Part shown: positions 52,753 through 60,887 of the stretch, piece after piece
Numbering within the stretch: position 1 is the first letter of the stretch
Layout of the letters: the number at the start of each line of letters is the position of its first letter
NCBI GenBank assembly: GCA_963668185.1
Contig: OY764162.1
Location: 852,754 to 916,753 of the forward strand
Origin: Dehalococcoidia bacterium
GTDB taxonomy: Bacteria; Chloroflexota; Dehalococcoidia; Lucifugimonadales; G963668185
Direction of reading: 5' to 3'
DNA: 64,000 nucleotides
Program-made: the position numbers and the translations under genes
The notes under the pieces: model-generated
Database searches by the model: none
Seen by the model: only the letters and a program-made list of their open reading frames with translations
Told to the model about the DNA's origin: nothing

Positions 52753-53106
52753 GTGTCGTACTTCTACAGCATGGACGAGTTGGACCGCAAGGAGCTCGTG
52801 CCGGGCGTCCATCTCCGCACCGTCTGGGGCGACAAGGTCATGCTGAGCCTCGTGGACATCGCTGCGGACGGAGAGGTGCCGGAACACACCCACCCGCACG
52901 AGCAGGCAGGCCTGATAATGCAGGGCGCCGTGGACTTCACGATCGGAGGCGAGACCCGCCGCCTGCGACCCGGCGACGCGTACGTCATTCCGGGCGACGT
53001 GCCGCACCGCGTTGTACCGGTTGACGGCCCGGCGCAGGCGCTCGACATCTTCAGCCCGCCGCGCGAGGAGTACAAAGGAGACTCGGTCGGCCTCCGGACG
53101 GACTGA
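52753..53106 (+). CDS. Cupin-domain protein
   Basis: 'GEVPEHTHPHEQAGLIMQG...GDVPH'. GTG start preceded by GGAGG. Confidence 0.7.
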   Translation: MSYFYSMDELDRKELVPGVHLRTVWGDKVMLSLVDIAADGEVPEHTHPHEQAGLIMQGAVDFTIGGETRRLRPGDAYVIPGDVPHRVVPVDGPAQALDIFSPPREEYKGDSVGLRTD

Positions 53107-53142
53107 TCGCACGCATCCTCTCCCGTTGAGTCCCACGCTACG

Positions 53143-54606
53143 TTGAGCGCCGACCGAACTGCACCGGGCGCGGGCGTTCGCCGTCCGACGCTTGGTTCGC
53201 CCGGCAAGTGGCTCGTCTTGACCGTCGTGTCGATCGGCACGCTGATGACCACGATCGACAGCGGCATAGTCAATGTCTCGTACCCCGCGCTGGTGGAGGC
53301 ATTCGACAGCGACGCCTCGACTGTGCTGTGGGTCAACGTGGCGTACTGGGTCACGGACATTGGCCTGCTCTTGACGCTCGGCTGGATAGGCGACGTGGCT
53401 GGCCGCCGGCGCGTCTTCGCCATGGGTTTCGTCGTCTTCACCGCCGGCGCGCTTCTGTGCGCCGCCTCTCCCACGATCTGGTTCCTGATCGGCGCCCGCG
53501 TCGTGCAGGCCGTCGGCACCGCGATGATCCTCGCCAACACGTACGCGATCATCACTTCGGCCTTTCCGTCAAACGAGCGGGGCAAGGCCATCGGGGTCTC
53601 GATCGCAGTGGTAGGCCTGGGGCTTTCGACCGGGCCGTTCATAGGCGGCGTACTGCTCGATGTCCTGGACTGGCGCGCGCACTACTACGTCCGCGCGCCG
53701 GTTGGGGTGCTAGGCGTGGTCATGTCGTTGTGGCTGCTGCCCAGGGACGCCACGTCGGCCGGCGACAACCGGATGGACTATCTCGGCGCGGCGACGCTGT
53801 TCGCCGCGATGGCCACCACGTTGCTGGTGGTCAACCAGGCCGGCCGCCTGGGATTCGGCTCCACGCCGATAATCGGCCTCTCCGCCGCGGCCGTCGTGAC
53901 CATGGCGATGCTCGTCTGGTCGCAGAGGCGGTCCGTGCGCCCGATCCTCGACTTCGGCCTGTTCAGGATTCGGGGTTACACGCTCGGCCTTGCCGTCTCG
54001 GTTGCGCACTACCTCTCGCACGGCGGGGTGATGCTGGTAGCGCCGTTCTTCCTGATCACCGCCATGGGTTTCTCCTCCACCAAGATGGGCGGCTTCATTG
54101 CGGCGTTCTACGTCATGCGGATGGTGGTGGGGCCGCTTTCGGGGCGGCTGTCGGACCGTGTCGGCGCAAAGCTGCCGCTCGTGATCGGCAACGCCGTGAC
54201 CCTGCTGGGGTTGCTGTGGCTGAGTCGCCTGGGGACAGGCGCGCCCGACATTGCCATACTCGGCAGCCTGCTGCTGGCAGGAGTGGGCTCGGCGATGTTC
54301 GAGCCGGCCGACACCAGCGTGATCATGGGATCGGTGCCGGTCGGGCGGCTCGGCACCGCCTCGGCGTCCGTGGCCACCGCGCGCCACGCCGCCTTCGCCG
54401 GAGGAGTAGCCCTCGCGGGCGCGGTGTTCGCCATCAGGGAGCGCGCTTACCTGGCGTCGTACGACCTCGGCTTCGTTTCGGCAGCGACCGCGCAGGCGGA
54501 GTCGATAGCCCGCGCCTTTGGCGACGTCATGCTGGCTGGCTGCGTACTCCTGCTGCTGGCGATCGCCCTGTCGGCGATGCTGCGGGGACGGGAGCGCGAG
54601 CCCTAA
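53143..54606 (+). CDS. MFS transporter, DHA2 (14-TMS, EmrB/QacA-like)
   Basis: 'LVLTVVSIGTLMTTIDSGIVNVSYP...GWIGDVAGRRRVF' and about 14 hydrophobic segments. Confidence 0.8.
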   Translation: MSADRTAPGAGVRRPTLGSPGKWLVLTVVSIGTLMTTIDSGIVNVSYPALVEAFDSDASTVLWVNVAYWVTDIGLLLTLGWIGDVAGRRRVFAMGFVVFTAGALLCAASPTIWFLIGARVVQAVGTAMILANTYAIITSAFPSNERGKAIGVSIAVVGLGLSTGPFIGGVLLDVLDWRAHYYVRAPVGVLGVVMSLWLLPRDATSAGDNRMDYLGAATLFAAMATTLLVVNQAGRLGFGSTPIIGLSAAAVVTMAMLVWSQRRSVRPILDFGLFRIRGYTLGLAVSVAHYLSHGGVMLVAPFFLITAMGFSSTKMGGFIAAFYVMRMVVGPLSGRLSDRVGAKLPLVIGNAVTLLGLLWLSRLGTGAPDIAILGSLLLAGVGSAMFEPADTSVIMGSVPVGRLGTASASVATARHAAFAGGVALAGAVFAIRERAYLASYDLGFVSAATAQAESIARAFGDVMLAGCVLLLLAIALSAMLRGREREP

Positions 54607-54770
54607 AGAATCCACATCGATGCTTTCTAAGGGTTCTGTGAAACATCCATATTCAAAGTTGCCCCAGTCGCCATGGCTTTGGTAACATCTATACAAATAC
54701 GCCCTGCCGTCCGGTTCGAATTAGATCGACGCACTGCAGGTTAGAAATTTGGGGAGGCATCGATTGTTCG

Positions 54771-55352
54771 ATGTCTCCCCTTTCTCATTGGCGGGAGGCT
54801 ATGGCCGAACGAATTGCGATCTTCATCGACGGTGCATACTTACAGCGCGTCCTGAAGGACGAGTTCAATGAAGCACGGATAGACTTTGAGGCCCTCTCAA
54901 GCACTATAGCAAGTGGGCAGGAAGTGCTTCGCACTTACTACTACAACTGCCTCCCCTACCGGAGCAACCCTCCTACTGGTGCGGAGACAGAAAGGCATAG
55001 AAGAGCGAGAAGTTTCCATGCTCGTTTGGAGAGGTTACCACGCTACGAGGTTCGATTGGGACGTCTCGAGTTTCGTGGTATGGATTCAAGTGGTCGGCCC
55101 AGATTCGAACAGAAGCGAGTCGACATCCTCTTGAGCGTGGACATGGTCCAGCTTGCTGCGCGAGGACACATTCGCCAAGCGGTGCTCATTGCGGGCGACA
55201 GCGATTTCATTCCCGCAGTCGACGTTACCAAGAATGAGGGAGTGGTTGTTTCCCTCTATCACGGCAGCAACTGCCATTCGGACCTGCTCGCCAAGGTTGA
55301 CGAGCGGGTGAGAATAGACCAAGCGCTGATCGACTCGGTCACGCTTCGCTAG
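54771..55352 (+). CDS. NYN-domain (LabA-like) protein
   Basis: 'RIAIFIDGAYLQRVL...EQKRVDILLSVDMV...AVLIAGDSDFIPAV'. Alternative start at ATG 54801. Confidence 0.75.
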   Translation: MSPLSHWREAMAERIAIFIDGAYLQRVLKDEFNEARIDFEALSSTIASGQEVLRTYYYNCLPYRSNPPTGAETERHRRARSFHARLERLPRYEVRLGRLEFRGMDSSGRPRFEQKRVDILLSVDMVQLAARGHIRQAVLIAGDSDFIPAVDVTKNEGVVVSLYHGSNCHSDLLAKVDERVRIDQALIDSVTLR

Positions 55353-55378
55353 CGCAGGAGTCTGAGACTTAGCTCAGG

Positions 55379-55840
55379 CTACGTCCCGAAGCGGGCCTCT
55401 GCTACCGGGTCGCTGTACTCGATGCCTTTGGTGGCCCAGAAGGTGGCGGCGATGTCGTCCACAGCAGCGACGAGGCTGTCGGCGTTCTCCATGCTCACGC
55501 CCTGCTTGCACTGGCCGGCGAGCTTGAGAGCGGCGTTGAACTTGGCGGCGAGGTCGTTGGCGTCGGTGTCCGGCCACGCATAGTCGGCCCAAAGGATGGC
55601 CAGCTCGCGCTTGCACAGTTCGGCGTGCTCTTCCTTGACCGTGATGTAGCGGGCCATCGTGTTGGCGAAGGCGCTGTGGTCGTCGCCTTCCTCCAGACTC
55701 TGCATCCGCAGCACCATCTTCTTGACGGTCTGCGCGGCGATCTTCGCGGCGATGGGGTCGTAGATGCCGCAGGGAATGTCGCAGTGGGCATGGGCGGTCC
55801 GGACGGGCGACAGGCTCTTGACGAAGGACAGGATGGACAT
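55379..55840 (-). CDS. sodN: Nickel superoxide dismutase precursor
   Basis: Ni-hook 'HCDIPCGIYDP' after an 18-aa propeptide 'MSILSFVKSLSPVRTAHA'. ATG at 55840 preceded by AGGTGA. Confidence 0.9.
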   Translation of the reverse strand: MSILSFVKSLSPVRTAHAHCDIPCGIYDPIAAKIAAQTVKKMVLRMQSLEEGDDHSAFANTMARYITVKEEHAELCKRELAILWADYAWPDTDANDLAAKFNAALKLAGQCKQGVSMENADSLVAAVDDIAATFWATKGIEYSDPVAEARFGT

Positions 55841-55911
55841 CTTGTGAGTCACCTCTGGATTGAAGTTCAGACAGGGGAAAGGGTACAGGAACGGGCCTTG
55901 CGCGGGCAACA

Positions 55912-57156
55912 TTAGGCGGCGCTCCGATGCGCGGCTGGTGCGGGCAGGGCGCCGGCCGCGGCCACGAGCACGGCGCCGGCCGCGAACATGGCGGCGACTA
56001 TCGAGAACGCGAGCGTGTAGCTGCCCGTGGCGTCGTACGTAAGGCCCACGAGCAGCGGCCCGCCGCCGAACGACGCCACCATTGCCAGCGTGATCACTCC
56101 CATGATCGAGCCGAAGCTGCGGACGCCGAACGTGTCCAGCACTACAAGCTGAAACAGGGAGCCGAACGCGCCGGTGAAGAACCCGAACACGGGTATCACG
56201 GCCCAGGCCGCCCGCGGGTCGGAGAACACGGTCATGGCGACCAGGAAGCCGGACATGCCGGCGAAGTCGGCCACGAGCGCGAGCCGGGAGGAGATGCGTT
56301 CGGCGGCGAAGCCCATCGCGAACTTGCCGACCATGCCGAACACGGCGAACGCGGCCAGGATGATCGAAGCCGTTCCCAGGGATGCGCCGTTGTCCGTCTG
56401 GTGCGTGATCACGTGGGGCATGATCGACGCGTACACGAATGTGCCCAGCACCACCGACAGGGTGAGGGCGTAGAACCTCGGGCTGGCGAGCGCTTCGCCC
56501 AGGGACACGCCGGCCAGTTCGTGCGTTCCTCCGGCCGGCGCGTCCGCAAGCTCGTCGCCGAGTTCCTCACGCGACGGGAAGTCGCGAATGGCGAGCAGCG
56601 CGAACACCGCGATGCAGGCGGTGACGCAGGCAAGCACGACGTACGCGCCTTCCCATGACAGCAGCGGCAGCAGCGCGCCGAGCATGGGCGGCATCACCAG
56701 CCCGCCGAAGTTGTTGCCCATCCCCGTGACGCCAATCACGCGGCCCCTTCTGCGGTGGAACCAGACGCCTATCAGCTTGCCGGTGATCGGCGAGGCGGCG
56801 CCGGCGAACCCGGCGTACTGCATGAAGCTGAGCGCGTACCACTGCCAGAGATCGGCCATCAGGGGCCGGAGCGCGAACCCGGCGGCGATCAAGACGAGCG
56901 ACGCCGCCATCACGGGCCTCGTGCCGTGCCGGTCCACGATTCCGCCGAGGAAGGGGCCGAGGAGGTTGCCGATCGCCGCGAACGAGAGCGAGGCGCTGAT
57001 CTGAGCGCGATTCCAGCCGAACGCGTCTTCCAGAGGCTCGATGAAGACGCCGAAGCCATAGACTCCGGAGCCGGTGCAGACGGCCGACGCCATGAACACC
57101 GCCGCCGCGCCCCACCAGCCTCGATAGACCTTCAGGCTATGCAGTCGTTCTATCAC
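55912..57156 (-). CDS. MFS transporter (oxalate/formate-antiporter-like); start uncertain
   Basis: 'YRGWWGAAAVFMASAVCTGSGVYGFGVF' and 12 hydrophobic segments. Candidate starts are GTG 57156 and ATG 57282/57297. Confidence 0.7.
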   Translation of the reverse strand: MIERLHSLKVYRGWWGAAAVFMASAVCTGSGVYGFGVFIEPLEDAFGWNRAQISASLSFAAIGNLLGPFLGGIVDRHGTRPVMAASLVLIAAGFALRPLMADLWQWYALSFMQYAGFAGAASPITGKLIGVWFHRRRGRVIGVTGMGNNFGGLVMPPMLGALLPLLSWEGAYVVLACVTACIAVFALLAIRDFPSREELGDELADAPAGGTHELAGVSLGEALASPRFYALTLSVVLGTFVYASIMPHVITHQTDNGASLGTASIILAAFAVFGMVGKFAMGFAAERISSRLALVADFAGMSGFLVAMTVFSDPRAAWAVIPVFGFFTGAFGSLFQLVVLDTFGVRSFGSIMGVITLAMVASFGGGPLLVGLTYDATGSYTLAFSIVAAMFAAGAVLVAAAGALPAPAAHRSAA

Positions 57157-57321
57157 AAGGTCACGTATCCTACTCTTCCTCAAGACGGGCGAGAAGGAAT
57201 CGGGATGGCCCGTTGCGCCGGTGGGTTCGTATAGAATCGCGTGCGATAGTTCAAGATCTGTCCTGCTTCTGACCGCGAACATGACTACTACGAACATGAG
57301 CCACTTTGCCGAGAGGCCGAC

Positions 57322-58137
57322 TTGGACCAGGCCGTAGTCCTGGGGCTGCTCCAGGGGACGCTGGAGTGGCTGCCCGTAAGCTCGCAGGGCATCGTGGCGG
57401 CGGTGTATGCGCTCGTGTTCGGCGGCGACGCGGACGACGCGGTCAGCTACTCGCTCTGGCTGCACGTGGGGACGGCGCCGTCCGTGCTGCTGGCTTTCCG
57501 CGCCGAGGTCGCGCACGTGCTGCGGGAGCTCTTCACGCGGCCGGCGTCTGTTGCGTCCAGAGTGCGCGGGGCCGGAGGGCCGCAGGGCCTGACCGCGTTC
57601 CTCGTTCTGGCGACGACTATTAGCGCCGTGGCAGGGCTGCCTCTCGTGCTGTTACTGGACGACCTGTCGGAACAGGCAGGCTCCGCAGCGATGATCTTCG
57701 TTGGCGCGGCGCTGCTCGTGACCGGCGCGGCGCAGCTACGGCGTCCGTCCTCCGGCGAGCGCACCCGCGATGACCTTGGCCTGCGCGACAGCCTGCTGGC
57801 CGGCGTGGCTCAGGGCCTGTCGGTCATACCGGGGCTGAGCCGGTCCGGCCTTACCGTGGCCTCGCTGCTCTGGCGCGGGTTCGATAGGCGTGAGGCGCTG
57901 GTCGCGAGCTTCCTGATGAGCGTGCCGGCCAGCCTGGGCGCGGTGCTGCTGGTCGCCCTGCGCGGCGACGTGGCATTCAACGCCGAGTCCGTGGTCGCCG
58001 CGGCGGTCGCGTTCTGCGCCGGCCTGGTCACGATCAGGGCGCTTGTCGCCGTGGCCCAGCGCGTGAACTTCGGCGCGTTCGTGCTGCTGGTCGGCGCGGC
58101 TGTGGTCGCAGGCGCGGCCTGGCAGGCGGCGGGGTAG
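57322..58137 (+). CDS. uppP: Undecaprenyl-diphosphate phosphatase (BacA/UppP family)
   Basis: 'LQGTLEWLPVSSQG' and 'PGLSRSGLTVASLL'. TTG start. Confidence 0.8.
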   Translation: MDQAVVLGLLQGTLEWLPVSSQGIVAAVYALVFGGDADDAVSYSLWLHVGTAPSVLLAFRAEVAHVLRELFTRPASVASRVRGAGGPQGLTAFLVLATTISAVAGLPLVLLLDDLSEQAGSAAMIFVGAALLVTGAAQLRRPSSGERTRDDLGLRDSLLAGVAQGLSVIPGLSRSGLTVASLLWRGFDRREALVASFLMSVPASLGAVLLVALRGDVAFNAESVVAAAVAFCAGLVTIRALVAVAQRVNFGAFVLLVGAAVVAGAAWQAAG

Positions 58138-58164
58138 GGCCGGGCGTAAGTGTTCAGAGTTGAT

Positions 58165-58232
58165 GTGGCGGCCAGGCAATCGCCGCTATTACCCCATCTC
58201 AATCTTCCCCAGCAGACTGGGGAAGAGGCCAG
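58165..58232. repeat. Inverted copy of the 38735-38800 repeat
   Basis: 'gccgctattaccccatctcaatcttccccagcagactggggaagaggccagagg' matches the reverse complement of 38735-38800. Confidence 0.85.
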
Positions 58233-58361
58233 AGGAGTACGAAGTCTGAACAGTTACGGCCGGCCCCGCATATTGACGCGCATTCGGCCTTCAAATATCG
58301 TTTCGTTCCCTGATAGGCTTTACGTGATTTACCCGAACTCACGACCGAAGGGGGAAGCAGG

Positions 58362-58958
58362 TTGCATGGACTAAGTGTGCTGGCGGTCGTCCTGGCGCTC
58401 TCCCTCGTCCTGGTCGCGTGCGGCGGGTCAAGCGAGGAGGATACTGGCGAATCGCCCTCGGAGGCGCTTGCGACCACCCAAGCGACCGTCGCTCCCACTC
58501 CGGAGACGCCCACGGCTACGCAAGTAGCCGCCGACGCCGTTGAGGAGGCGACCGCAACTCCTGAGGCCACCCCGGCTGCGGCCACAACTCCGGAGGCTGC
58601 TGCCGATGACGCCGACTCCGCCGAAAGCGACGGCGGCGCCGATATCGTCGAGCACCTCAGGCAAAGGACGATGAACCTGTGGGAGGTCTATAACACTTAC
58701 GACGTGGACGGGCTAAAGGTCTTCTACGAGGAGAATTATTGGAGCGAGCAGGAAGAGATTCTGCGATTGAACATGAAGTCTTTTGAGAGCAGGGACGCCA
58801 AGATCACCGCGGAGGAAACGTCCGCTCCGACGGAGATAGAGCCGGGCAAGTGGGAGACGCGACACAGCGCGAGCTTCTCGTTCGGTTCGGTCAAGATGGT
58901 GTTCATCTACGAGCAGTTCGACGGCGAGTGGCTACTCACGTACGCGGAGGCCCAATAG
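58362..58958 (+). CDS. Lipoprotein with a C-terminal NTF2/SnoaL-like domain
   Basis: Lipobox 'LVLVACGGSSEE', acidic/Ala-Thr linker, about 100-aa C-terminal domain. TTG start. Confidence 0.55.
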   Translation: MHGLSVLAVVLALSLVLVACGGSSEEDTGESPSEALATTQATVAPTPETPTATQVAADAVEEATATPEATPAAATTPEAAADDADSAESDGGADIVEHLRQRTMNLWEVYNTYDVDGLKVFYEENYWSEQEEILRLNMKSFESRDAKITAEETSAPTEIEPGKWETRHSASFSFGSVKMVFIYEQFDGEWLLTYAEAQ

Positions 58959-59061
58959 TCCGGGACGGCAGCGCGCGGATGCCTCGGGGGACTCAGGGCA
59001 GGCTGTCGCGAACGGATTGTAGCGGTGGGCGCTTCGCGAAGCGCCCCTACACCTGAGGGGA

Positions 59062-60372
59062 TCAGGGCGGGTTCTCTGCCGGGGTGGGGGATGGGTCATC
59101 GGGGGGTTCGGCGGCGGAGGACCCCATCCCTGCCTTCCCCAGCAGACTGGGGAAGGGGTCAGACGGGTCGGGTTCGTTCCCTCGAGGGACTCGGGACAGG
59201 CTCTCGGTCGGTTCGGGCGGATGGATTCCCGCCTTCGCGGGAATGACGGAGGGGTTGTCGGAGGACCCCATCCCGGCCTTCCCCAGCAGACTGGGGAAGG
59301 GGTCAGACGGGTCAGGTTCGGTGTCGGGGGCGTGCGGGTCATCGGGGTGTTCGGCCCAGGGGTCGGATTCACAGTCGCAGGAGGCGGTGCCGTGGGGGCA
59401 TGCGAGGCGGATGGGGCCGCGGCATGAGTCGCGGATGCGCCTGACCGCGTCCATGATTTCGCCGGCCGCTATGGACCTTTCGACGGCCGGCCGGGCGTGT
59501 TCGCTGAAGTAGTGCTCCTCTCCGTTGTGTATGATGATGCTGCCGCGTTTGCTGGGGTAAACGACTCTGGGGTCCGGGGGCGTCGGGCGCCTGCCGACGG
59601 CGTCCAGCAGGGCGTCTGTCGCTTTGGAGACGGCTCGATTGTCGAAGCCGGTGTCTTCGCTGTGGCCGTATGTGTTGGAGTACGGGGGTTCGTAGCCGGC
59701 GAGGATGTCGGGAGCCCCATCCCGGCCTTCCCCAGCAGACTGGGGAAGGGGTTTGAGGGAGGCTCCAGCAGACTGGGGAAGGGGGTTTAGTTCTGCGTCG
59801 GCGTAGGTGTCGTGGTGGAGGGGGCCGGGTGCGTCGTCGAAGCCTCGGCGCAGTAGTTCTTTGGCGGCGTCTATGCGGTGGTGTGGGCCGAAGCCGGGCA
59901 TGAAGCCTAGCATGACGTCTATGAGGAATCGTATGGCTTGTCGGCCTCCGTCGGTCTCGGCTCGTATGAAGCGTGCGAGGTCGGGGTTTAGGCCGGTGGT
60001 GTCCAGGGTGTCTGTGGGAACCCCATCCCTGCCTTCCCCCTCGAGGGACTCGGGGCAGGCTCCGCCAGACTGGGTAAGGGGTTTGAGAGCGCGTTGGGCT
60101 GCGGAAGGCGGAACCCCATCCCGGCCTTCCCCAGCAGACTGGGGAAGGGGTTGGAGGGCTTCTTCGAAGCCGAGTTTGATGAGTTGGCGTGCGGCGTCTA
60201 GCCTGTGGTAGGGCTTGGCGTCGCGAATCTGGTCCTGCATGGCTGCGACGAGGAAACGGACGATGAGTCTGCCGTCGTGGGTTTCTTCTCGGACGATGCG
60301 TTGTATTGGTGATATGGTGTGCGCTTCGGTATCCATGGGTTCTAGGATAGCGGGCGCGTACTGGCGTGTCAA
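59062..60372 (-). CDS. Repeat-riddled ORF. The N-terminal part has two copies of a ~45-aa helical module; the rest may be non-coding or pseudogenised
   Basis: 'IVRFLVAAMQDQIRDAKPYHRLDAARQLIKLGFEEA' and 'AIRFLIDVMLGFMPGFGPHHRIDAAKELLRRGFDDA' are separated and followed by at least 6 in-ORF copies of the CCTTCCCCAGCAGACTGGGGAAGG repeat. Confidence 0.35.
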   Translation of the reverse strand: MTRQYAPAILEPMDTEAHTISPIQRIVREETHDGRLIVRFLVAAMQDQIRDAKPYHRLDAARQLIKLGFEEALQPLPQSAGEGRDGVPPSAAQRALKPLTQSGGACPESLEGEGRDGVPTDTLDTTGLNPDLARFIRAETDGGRQAIRFLIDVMLGFMPGFGPHHRIDAAKELLRRGFDDAPGPLHHDTYADAELNPLPQSAGASLKPLPQSAGEGRDGAPDILAGYEPPYSNTYGHSEDTGFDNRAVSKATDALLDAVGRRPTPPDPRVVYPSKRGSIIIHNGEEHYFSEHARPAVERSIAAGEIMDAVRRIRDSCRGPIRLACPHGTASCDCESDPWAEHPDDPHAPDTEPDPSDPFPSLLGKAGMGSSDNPSVIPAKAGIHPPEPTESLSRVPRGNEPDPSDPFPSLLGKAGMGSSAAEPPDDPSPTPAENPP

Positions 60373-60399
60373 GAGGGTGGGGGAGTGGATAGTGGTTGG

Positions 60400-60880
60400 G
60401 GGCGGGAGGTTTAAGATTCTTCGCTGCGCTCAGAATGACAGTGGGGGGCGGCTTGGGGTGACGGTTGGCTGGCCCCTGCCCCGCTGGATTCCGGCTGGCC
60501 CCGGGTTCACGCTGGCGCGTGAATGCCGGAATGACGAGTGGGGGTTGGTTGACGGGGGCGGCCCTTCGACAGGCTCAGGGCGAACGTAGTGGAGGGCGTG
60601 AGGCTGTAGGTTCCCCTCGCGGGATTCGGGGCAGGCTCTTGCGAACGGCCCCTACGTCGGAGGGTTGGCCCCACCTTGATCCTTCGAGGGACTCGGGGCA
60701 GGCTCTCTCTCGCTTCGCTCGATCGGAATGACAGGGGGCGCGGCGCACCGGGGCGCGGCGTTGATGCCATGCGAGAAGTCCTAGATTCCTCGGGGGACTC
60801 GGAATGACAGGAGGAAGGGCGGTGGCCCTACCCGCCCTGCTGGATTCCGGCTGGCCCGGGTTCGGGCTGAGCGCGACGGA
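60400..60880. repeat. Dense array of mixed GC-rich palindromic interspersed repeats
   Basis: Units present: CTGCGCTCAGAATGACA; CTGGATTCCGGCTGGCCC (twice); CCCTTCGACAGGCTCAGGGCGAACG; (C/T)TCG(A/C)GGGA(C/T)TCGGGGCAGGCTC (three times). All have relatives elsewhere in the window. Confidence 0.85.
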
Positions 60881-60887
60881 CAGGGAG

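Noticed and set aside
59100-60880. Possible CRISPR array or degenerate array of palindromic repeats.
   Set aside because: Several different repeat families are intermixed at irregular spacing and in both orientations. The same units occur singly all over the window, and there are no cas genes. This is REP/BIME-like behaviour.
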